Origin: Takakia lepidozioides
Taxonomy: Eukaryota > Plantae > Bryophyta
Assembly: GCA_030704615.1 (NCBI GenBank)
Contig: CM060731.1
Coordinates: forward strand, 17,360,001 to 17,424,000
Length of the DNA stretch: 64,000 nt
Direction of reading: 5' to 3'
Shown here one piece after another: positions 1 through 9,500 of this stretch; the first letter of the stretch is position 1; every line of letters begins with the position of its first letter. Below the pieces are notes generated by a model that was not told where the DNA came from, searched no databases, and saw nothing but the letters and a program-made list of their open reading frames with translations. The translations under genes were made by a program, and so were the position numbers.

Positions 1-835
1 GTCCACAAGGGTATTGTTCAGAATTACATTTGGTACATTTCCAGCTTTGACGATGCAACCATGGACCTCTTTGCCCTTTTCCAGGGCTGCCAGGCTTGCA
101 CACGCACACAAACGTTATGTGGTCAGAAAAGTATTCATTCCACAGCTTCGCCTCAACTCTGTTACCTGTTTTTGGCTGCTTTCCTGTTGTGAGGGAAAAA
201 CTAGGTGAAATGTGTTGAAGAAGGTGCCTTGATTAGCAATGCCTGATTTTATCAATTGTGCCGTTGCTTCTGCGGCTTCCAGTTGACCATCTACCCATGC
301 AGGTTTCTTGTAGCTATCGATCCACATGGAATCACAGGTATTCTTGTGCTTGAAATCTGGCCTCTTGGATGAATCTAGACCCAAACTCTATCCCTGCTCT
401 GAGCTAACGAGTTAAATTCAATATGCATCTCAGGGCCGAGTCTGATGAGAGGGCAAAACAGCCTGATATAGGTCTAAGAAGAAGGTGCCCTCACCACATT
501 GTCCTTGAATAGAGATGCATGACAACTCTGCCTCTAGCAAGCATTGCTAAATCTCGAACACTTCAAGCACACCACCTGTCACGCGACGTCGTTCAGGCAT
601 ATTGTTGAACACTCCCTCCGCATCCTCAATGCTCCCACATTTGGCATACATGTCCACGAGGGTATGGTTCATTATGTACAATTCCAGCTTTGGCGATGCA
701 ACCATGCACCTCTTTGCCCTTTTCCAGCACACGCACTGCAAACACATACAAACGTGATGTGGTCCGGCTTCACCCCTTCCCCCATCATTTGCTCATAGGT
801 CTCCAAAGCCTCCATCCCGCACCCTTGCAGCCTAT
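1..835 (-). pseudogene. PLS-class PPR gene fragments
   Basis: Minus-strand translations give plant PLS PPR motifs (NHTLVDMYAKCGSIEDAEGVFNNM; ACASLAALEKGKEVHG), broken by frameshifts and by unrelated sequence at about 130-540. Confidence 0.8.
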
Positions 836-1039
836 GTCAAACTTGACTTCAAACCAACTCTGAAATGAAGGCCATTGCAATCATAGTCAAACAGTTCTGT
901 TCAAATTTCAACTTTTCTTTTCTCACTTCAATGTGAGTTCTATCCACAAGACCTCAACTTCAGTAAATACCTTCTCCATGACAAATCCCCTCCACTACAC
1001 TTCTCCATAGCGTTCACCATCTAGTTGTTTTCTGTTTCC

Positions 1040-1165
1040 GTATCACTCAAATTCTTGAACTTTACAACCCTCACTGGCTCACCCAATGTCGAAAGCCACA
1101 TTAAGACATTTCTATGCTTGATCCTTCATCTGCCAAGACAATCTACCTCAGCATGGATTTCCTCA
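1040..1165 (-). pseudogene. Degenerate PPR E+/DYW remnant
   Basis: Reverse complement reads EEIHAEV..QMK and PVRVVKFKNL, resembling E+ and DYW motifs seen intact elsewhere in the window. Confidence 0.4.
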
Positions 1166-1312
1166 ATTCGTTGAGAGCTTGCAGCTTGCAAGGTGAACGA
1201 TGGCGGAAAACACAGAGCTCCTGCAGTTCAAGAAGATCAAGATCCGGGCATTGCGGGCAGTTCCAAAAAAGTTGACGCGGCGATTTTTATTGGCATATTT
1301 CGGGCGGGCAAT

Positions 1313-2112
1313 CCGGGCAGATTCCAAAGAAATTGACGACGACGATGATGTGTCTATGATGACTTGGCTATGATGATGTGGCGACAAAATGTGACGACGA
1401 TGACATGGCACTATGGCACCCTATTCCTGCTCTACGCTAAACTAGCTTCCGACCTTCGGTCGTCGCTAGAACTAGGGCTTCGCGTTGCTCCGCACTACTA
1501 GCGACAAATTCTGAGAACTATGTTCAATTTTTCTCAAGAAAGGGGTGGGTCGTCCCCACGGTGTTACATGCAGAGATCCCGTGTTTTGTTTTTATCTGGA
1601 AGAAAATTGGCGGATCTGCATTTCAATGTTCAATTTTCACAGGCCACATCCATCAATAACAACATACCCAAATACCCTTACATTCACTATATGAACTTTC
1701 AAGCATCCACAATGGGATTGGATCTTGGTGGGTTAAGGCTAGCTTTTGACAATATTCATGCAAGTTCGTCAAGGGCTCCATCCAAAGCCATACCACGAGA
1801 AACAAACAAACTTGTCCAAATTTAAGATGCTGAACAAACTTGTGCACATGGCTGCCCCTCTCATCAAGCTCATTAAAATTCGTATTCACCTCCATCTTCA
1901 AGCCTTGGAGAAGCTCCACCACCCAAACCCAGAATTAGGACAGCACTCTGATTTCCATCCATTGTCACCAACACTAGCATCTTTCCAAGAAAACATCATT
2001 TCACCAATAATCACCACAAGAACAGATCCCATCTTCAAAGTGGTGGAAAGTAGTTAGCGTCCCATACAACAATTGCTCGGCCAACAATCTTTGAGATGAA
2101 TTTGGTGGAGGT
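1313..2112. repeat. Duplicated block copy 1 (repeat modules A and B, DYW 3' flank, DYW C-terminus)
   Basis: Highly similar to 45446-46473. Module A recurs alone at about 47715-47858 and module B alone at 60844-61063. Confidence 0.85.
2001..2112 (-). pseudogene. C-terminal end of a DYW domain
   Basis: Reads [21 protein letters not shown], then a frameshift, then [14 protein letters not shown]. Confidence 0.85.
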
Positions 2113-2460
2113 CACCCCTTCGCACATAAGTTGCTCAGAGGTCTCCAGCCTCCATCCCACGCCCAGTGTTCAGGATGACATTTGGTACAATTCCAGCTTT
2201 GATGATGTCACCATGGACCTCTTTCCCCTTTTCCAGAGTTCCCAGGCTTGCACACGCATTGCAAACACAAACAAATGTGATGTGGTTGGTTTTCACCCCT
2301 TCGCACATCATTTGCTCATAGGTCTCCAAAGCCTCTATCCCGCACCTTTGATGTGCATATCTTGCAATCATCACACTCCACGACACCACATCACGTTCAA
2401 CTATACTGTCAAACACTCCATTTGCATCCTCAATGCACCCACATTTGACATACATGTCCT
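2113..2460 (-). pseudogene. PLS PPR repeat fragment
   Basis: ORF 2135..2455: MYVKCGCIEDANGVFDSIVERDVVSWSVMI...CNACASLGTLEKGKEVHG. Confidence 0.85.
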
Positions 2461-2469
2461 CCTAAATGT

Positions 2470-3156
2470 CATGTAACACAAAGCTGTCAAGAACATAAAG
2501 CTGTCAAGAACATATCCCAGCCCCTTCATCAGCCCAGACAATCTCTGCAGCTCAACATGAATTTCCTGAATTTGTGGATGCAATTTGTCTCCTACAACAA
2601 AAGTATGCACCCTATTGTCAACCTCAATGCAGCTGCACCCTGGCTCCTTTCTGATACCCTTGTCCTCCATCATTTTTCTCACCCTTGCTTTATCATCCCA
2701 CCTGCCAGCCGCAACATAAATGTTTGATAGCAGTACATAAGCCGTAGAGTGCTCCTGATCAATCTTGAGAATGCTCTTTGCTACACATTCTGCTATCTCC
2801 CCATCTCCAAACTCTGCAGGCACCAAGCAAGGCCGTCCATACCCCAACGTCTGGCATGATTGGCATGTGTTAATTAAGTCCTCTGCTTCATACAATCGCC
2901 CTGCACGGCCAAGAAGGTCCACCATGCAATTAAAATGCTCCACTGTAGCAGTGAGACCATGATCTTGTCTCAAAGAATCAAAGCACTGATGGCTTTCATC
3001 CACTAGGCCCCCATGGCTACATGCTGAAAAGACAGATATGAAGGTACTACTATTAGGCTTCACGCCTTCTCGTTGCATTTGTTCCAATAGGAGCAAGGCC
3101 TCCCTACCACTCCCGTGATGAGCATATCCTATGATCAGCGCATTCCATGAGACCAT
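2470..3156 (-). pseudogene. 3' part (L2/S2/E1/E2/E+) of the PPR gene interrupted by the Gypsy element
   Basis: VSWNALI...HFNCMVDLLGRAG...YVLLSNIY...KEPGCSCIEVDNRVHTF (PG box). It joins in register to 24607 onward (AREVFDSMAKQDVV|SWNA) across the LTR element. Confidence 0.9.
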
Positions 3157-3414
3157 TGTTAACCGCTGGTTGAGGTTAGCTATTTCATGAGCATGAGCGG
3201 CATGAGTGGCATGAGCGGAGTAGCAAGACAATCGGTTTTCATGAGCAGAAGTACAAATTTTGAAAATAAAAAACATTATAAAACATTAATTTAATGCAAT
3301 GTGTCAGAAAAATCAAATATATTATTCGGCACCTTGAAGGGAAAATTGTAGTTTTGAGAGTTGTGCTCATGATATTTCGTCTTCCGCTCATGCCAATTCC
3401 CAGCGACATGTGCA

Positions 3415-3740
3415 AAAATGGCGCCGAATTTCGCGGTAATAGGGTCCGTAACCGGAAAGAACCGCGATGTATTTCGCGGTAATAGGTCTCTCTGGCGAAA
3501 AATGGTGCTGAATTCCGCGGCTATAGGTCCCCTTATGACAGGTGTGTAAGCCCAAAATTTGGAAATGTGGCGCCGAATTTCGGTACATGGTGCCGGGGAT
3601 TGCACAGATGTTGGGCAGTTCTGGGCCATATAACTGGAAATTCGGCGCCATTTTTCCAGACACAGGGGTACCAGTGCATGTTGGGACTTAGCCAGTTTTC
3701 GGCCCAAAATAGAGAAATTCGGCGCCATTTTTCCAGAAAT
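3415..3740. repeat. M1 subterminal GGCGCCGAATTT motif cluster
   Basis: About five copies in both orientations, interleaved with cgcggtaatagg units. Confidence 0.8.
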
Positions 3741-3890
3741 GGCCCCACAACTGCTTCTGTTGGATCTCAGTTTGAATGGAATATTGCCTCATTCAGAAGT
3801 TTTGGGGTGCATTTCATTACACTGCAAAAAAAAGTCTGATACATGAAAATGCAATTGAAAATATCCATATGGAGGATTCCCTTTGCCCCA

Positions 3891-4850
3891 TCAATGATTT
3901 CTGGAATCCCTAAGGAGGAGTTTGTGCAGCTCGTTCACGCTCAACGCCGGTGCATGAATAAAGTCATCAATAGTCACGTTCATCCTCAACCTCTTCAGGT
4001 AAATGTAGGGCTTGCCAAATACACATGTCATTATGTCGTGCCTACAGAACCAAAACGTCTGCGTTGTGGCGTGAGCAAATGTGGGAGTCAAAAATCTGCC
4101 GCTGAAACAAGGTGCAGGTACAGCACCGTGTGGGTTCCTCCGAATCATCTCACCACGGCGTGCTCTCGTATCCACCCGAATGGCGCAGCACTTCCCTCGA
4201 AATGCCGACAATGTCCTTGCAATTCTCCACTGTGACTCCGACACTCTTGTCTCCACAATGGGTATATTGTACTGCGTTACTACAGATGGCTCGTTATGTT
4301 CCTCGGGCACGTGCCCTGTGCTCAAAGGAGATGGCGATCTTGAACGTGCAGGACTTGCGGTGCTCGACGAGACCTCCTCGGGCAACATCACGGGACCACG
4401 AGGGAGCGTGCAAATATTCTTGTCAGCTCGTCATGAATCCTCTTCCCCGCCAGGTGTCTCGTCAAGTCTTCGTCTCACTGGACGGGTATGAGCATCTCCT
4501 TCCAAATGTTGGCCTCTTCGAAGCAATGGCGTGTCCCGAAGGCCCTCTCACAAGGCCGCCGCCCACTTCCGAGGATTCTTCGATCTGGAGGCAGTCCGCA
4601 TCAGCATTTCCTGCCTATCCGGCCCCAAGCCCCACTGTTTCCTTTTCAAGAACTCGTTGTACTTGCATTGCTGCATAATTGACCTCACAATGACCTCCGT
4701 TGTGGCAGTGAGGATATCCACCAGATGCCAGGGCGACAATTTGTCGATCCATGACACTCCAAACGCACCTCTGTAATGTGAACACGTCGACCTCATACTG
4801 TTTGACAATCCGTATAAGAGCCTGCTCTGTGCACGCATGCCATTTTTTCC
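3891..4850 (-). pseudogene. M1 transposase remnant (C-terminal part only; DDE core and SWIM deleted)
   Basis: Collinear with M2 at 40090-41450 (WGLGPDRQEMLMR, QWRIART, FWFCRHDI..CVFGKP, FIHAP), but jumps from GKP to YIYLKR. Confidence 0.85.
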
Positions 4851-5104
4851 CTCTCAGTTGCTCTGGCTCGCTGATCTTCAGGACTGTCTGTTTTACGCGG
4901 CCAGATGGAAAACCAGTGCCGAATTTCCATTCGGCATTTAATCGCAATCGCGGCCAGATGGAATTTCGGCAACGAATTTTCATTTAGGAACTACGAGGGA
5001 TGGAAAAGAAGCAAGGAGTTTCTCTCAACCAGTCGAGCATTCCCTGAAAACCGTGTGTAAAACATAAGGTTTTGTCTTTTAAGACCAAAAAAATCAGCGG
5101 CCAC

Positions 5105-5650
5105 GCTCAGAATTACCTGCAGGATGGTAATTCGGCGCTTCGACTTACCTAGCGGATGGAAATTCGGCGCCGAATTTCCATCCGGCCGCGCTCCGAATTA
5201 CCTGGAGGATGAAAATTCGGCGCCGGATTTCCATCCGGACGCACTCCGAATTACCTTCCAAATGGAAATTCGGCGCCGTTTTTCCATCCGGCCGCGCTCC
5301 GAATTACCTGCAGGATGGAAATTCGGCGCCGGCCATCCATCCGCACTTCGACTTTCCTGGCGGATGGAAATTCGGCGCCGGATTTCCATCTGGACGCGCT
5401 CCGAATTACCTGCAGGATGGAAATTCGGCGCCGGATTTCCATCCGGACGCGCTCCGAATGGAATGCAGGATGGAAATTCGCTGCCAGATTTCCATCCGGC
5501 CGCGCTCCGAATTACCTGCAGGGTGGAAATGCGGCGCAGGATTTCCATCCGGCGTCTCTTGGATGAGAACGGCTCGGGCGGAGGGATGGCCTCGTTGCGT
5601 CATACTTCATCCGCTGGATGGAAATTCGGCGCCGATTTTTTCCATCCAGC
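5105..5650. repeat. M1 53-bp tandem array of hairpin GGATGGAAAT-TCGGCGCCGG-ATTTCCATCC
   Basis: AATTCGG cores at 5161, 5214, 5267, 5320, 5369, 5422, 5475, 5528 (variant) and 5623. Confidence 0.92.
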
Positions 5651-6117
5651 GGGCGATTGACGTAGTTGCGCATTAAATGTCCTCCGCCGTCGGTTTTGAA
5701 CCGGGCTGGCGACACAAGGATTCCGCGCTTGCTTCCCGGATACGCCTTGGAAACCTGATGCTAAACTTGGATGAACTTCTATTCGAGGCATGTACGCACA
5801 CATACAGTGAGATCTTTTTTCTTTGCTGGGACTTATGCCGCGTGGAGAAGGGCGTGGCTCTCCTGAGAGAAACCCCACATCCAGACCGCGGCGGAAGCTG
5901 AAGGCTTTGTACTACGGGCGACGTCCAACCTCTCGCATGACCAAACTTAAGCTCCAGCAGGAAATTCCATTGTCTTGCTCACAGCCCGCGCCAACTGAAG
6001 CTGAGCACTCTCAGGTTCCGCCCCTTCCTCTTTCGGTTTTCTTCGTTTTTTTAGTTTGTTTTCACATCTTCTGCCTGGCAGCCCTGGAAGCGCATGGTTG
6101 CATCGCAAAAGCACGAG

Positions 6118-6285
6118 TTGTTGAGAAGAATGATCAAGGTCAGAGGGGTTAGAAAGGAGCCAGGTTGTTGCTGCATTCAGATTGCTTGCCAGGACAGGGT
6201 GCACACCTCGCTATAGATAACAGGTTGCATCTCGGAATTAAGGAAATCCATGCTGAGCTGAGAAGATTGTCTGAGCAGATGAAGT
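6118..6285 (+). pseudogene. Captured PPR E/E+ fragment inside M1
   Basis: RRMIKVRGVRKEPGCCCIQI...DNRLHLGIKEIHAELRRLSEQMK, closely resembling the PPR at 46520-46987. Confidence 0.8.
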
Positions 6286-6561
6286 TGTTTAGTTGCAGGG
6301 TGATGCAGTTGTTTTCACCCTGTTTTCCCGTCTTATGGAATTCGTGTTCATTTGTTCATCGTGTTTCATGTTGATTTCTGCAAGTTATTGGTTGAGTGAA
6401 CCTTAGATAGTTTGCAATGCGTGTGCAAAGCCGGCAGCTCTGGAGAAGGCTGCTTGTGCATGTCATTCTTAGGCATTGGTTGGATTTGTTTTCATTGTTG
6501 TCCGATGGCACTCCATACTTGGTTTTTCTTTTGTTTTCATTGTTGTTCCACGATTGTTGCG

Positions 6562-9500
6562 ATGGTGGTTGCGCTGCTCGTGGCGGATGGTGGTTTTCAT
6601 TCCGATGTTGGTTCTCACGATTTTTGGGAACGACAGAGTGACGACGAGCCCGGCACGCCGGTGGTATCATTGACAGCTCCAACTCATCGCATGTTTGGAT
6701 CGCCCAACTTGGGGTGGGAGGGCAAACTAAAACCTTTTGTTGGTGGACGGGAGGACCTGCAGCAAGAGTACGACAGAATAGGCATTGGGGACGTTGGTGC
6801 AGGCGGCATGGCAGGTGAAGGGCGTGAGGACGTGAGGACAGCAGATCCGGCAATGGAGGTTGTTGATGCACATGCAGTAGGGCCCGCCCACGCAAAGAAG
6901 AAGAAGAAAGCCAAGCACATGCAATCCCCGGCGAGAGAGCCGTCACGGGCTGCGGAGGGGGGAGTGAGCAATGCGCGCGAGGGTGTTACTTCTCCTCAAT
7001 CAAAGGTGGTCGTCCTGGAGGGCTCCCCTGCTGCTAGCCCTAGTAAGAAACAGAAAGCCCGTGAGAGGGCAAAAGAGAGGGCAAAAGAACAGGCGAGACA
7101 GAAGGCTAGCCAGGAGGAAAGAGAAAAGGCCACTGAAGAGGTCAGGGGTGCCGAAATGACAGATGTAAGCAAGGGATGCACAGAGATGGTGGATCCCTCC
7201 AAGACACCACAAAGAGGCAGTAACACACCGGTTACACCATCGCGGGCAAGAGCAGCCCCCGCAATTACCGATACGGTGGAGAGTGGAGGAGAGGAAAGAA
7301 CACCACAAAGAGCACGGATTGTGCAAGTTCGAGGTGAAGCCGGGGAGAGGGCAGTAGAGACGGGGAAAGTGCTCGAGGTGGTTTCGCTGGTGGTTGACCA
7401 TGTTGAGGAGGACGACACCGAGCTTTCTGACCAGGATGACATCCTCCCGGACATCCCCAGGCCCCAAACCCGCAGCATACAGGCTGGATTTGGCGGTCCT
7501 GGTGGGCTGCCGGAGAACCCCTCTGCAGCAGACATCATGTCGGAGGCGGATATGAAGTTGGCCGCTGCCAAGATGTTGGAGGCAACACATAGCAACATTG
7601 GCAGGGTGCTGGGGGGCATGGTGTACCCGGCCAAGCTTCAAATTCCCCTTTGCCGCTTGGTGTCATTGCAGGTGGTGAGACCTGCCCTCCCAAGCGATAT
7701 CGACAAGCTGAAATTCTCTTTCCGGGATGGATATCGAATGGGGTCTGCCGCGTTTTACGTTTCCATTGAGAACGACCACGGAGCTTCCCGTGCCCACACT
7801 TCCGATGAGGTGGACAAATGGGGTCCCCATTGGCAAAGGCAAAATGAGGAGTTCGAGAGATCGATTGCTACTGATCCTCTTTTCCAGCACTTGTCCGGAA
7901 AGATGTTTTACGTGTGGGACGGCAATCATCGCCTCCTGGCATGGATGGAGCACATAGCCGAAGCCCACCCCAACAACCTCGATTGGCATTTCGTCGTGGA
8001 GTGTGTTGTGCTGAAGGTTGCGGGGCCCAAAGATCGCAGTCTTCTCAAAGCTGCAATGGCGGACATCAACTCGTAAGTTACAACGCCTCTTGCTTTTGGA
8101 CCCAAAATTTGTAAGTCATTTCATTGCGAATCCTCATATTTGTTGAAAATTCCCATTTCAGTATTGTTTGATGGAAATGTGGCATTGCAGGGAGACTGAG
8201 AATGCCTTCATTGCCACCAACTTGTCCCATATGCTCTTCCGAGTGAAGGATGTCGGGAAGCAGGGGTGCAAGAGTTTGCCAATTCGCTCAGTGCCGACCT
8301 CCTGCGCAAGTCGGAGGCAAAGGCAGACAGAACCTGGTATAGGCTGAGCATGGACGCCATGGTGGACTACATATTTTGGGTAAAGCTCCTGACTGTTTTG
8401 TTGAGCTAATCTGTCTCTCCTCCCCCAATAGAAGAAAAAGTGTTGAGCAGGATCTCTAATCTTATGTGCGCATTCTTGACAGACGAAAATTCAGCAGGAT
8501 TTGGCACATGCGCGGAGGTTCTACATGGAGTCAGAGGAGAAGAATCTAACCCTCCCGACACTCGAATCGTATCTCAAAGCTGCGGAGGCCAAGGCCCGCA
8601 TAAAGTACAAGTCGCGGATGGTAAAGTACGTGGCCATAGCTGATCCCGCCCTTGGTGCCGACTTTCCGGTGGAGGTGGGGAAGCACTACTCCCGCGCTCT
8701 GAAACCCACGATGACATTGGAGAAGCTCCATCGTCTAGCCACATCCTGTGTGGATGCAACAGAAAAGGTGATACATTCTTAACCGAATTGTGGTGGCAAC
8801 AACTTGTTTTTGTGGTGTTTGGCGCTTACGAATATGCTGGGTGGTTGGACAGACCCGGTGGCTCCAAATCTGGAATGGTTCCCAAAGTACAAGGGACATG
8901 TGGAGCTTCCCCAAACCGGACAAACTGTCTGACCCGACATTCGACATGTGGATGAACCGCATGACATGGTGGTTTCAGGTACTTCCCCACGCTTCGTTTG
9001 GCGCTTCTACTCTTGTAGGGGGTGGATTCATTGTATTTTTTCAGGAAAGCGATCTGATGGAGAATCTCCACAGGTGACGACAAATGCGCAAGAGCAGCTG
9101 GACACACAAGCACATCAGTTCAAGATGGAGATTTCTCCTGCAGCAAAGAGCCTATGCGACTATGTGACGAGGTACTTTCTGCTGTACAAAACCGACCTAT
9201 TCTTTCGGGAGATACCCCATGCCCGCCGGAGCCACGAGTTCACCGACCAGCCGAACGCGGACAAAGCAGCAATGCGCCTTCTGTACAGGTACATACGCGA
9301 TGCCTTCCTTTCAAGTCCTTGCATTTCAGGATGTTAGAGGCCTCATGTGGCGCATAAAAATTGGTCCTTGGAAAAATGGCGCCGAATTTCCAGTCCAGGG
9401 CACCCAAAATGGCTAAGTCCCTAGAGTGGCAGGCACCGAAAACCGAAATTCGGCGCCATTTTTCCATTTCAAGGCCCAGTCAGTTCTGGGACTTCGCCAT

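Noticed and set aside
2401-3276. 291-aa ORF as an intact PPR gene
   Set aside because: Its N-terminus is translated M1 TIR and LTR sequence, the true upstream part lies beyond 24607, and it contains an internal frame disruption.
5124-5676. Repetitive ORFs here and at 3291-3748, 9361-10008 and 26071-26646 as proteins
   Set aside because: They are translations of tandem or palindromic DNA, open in several frames on both strands.
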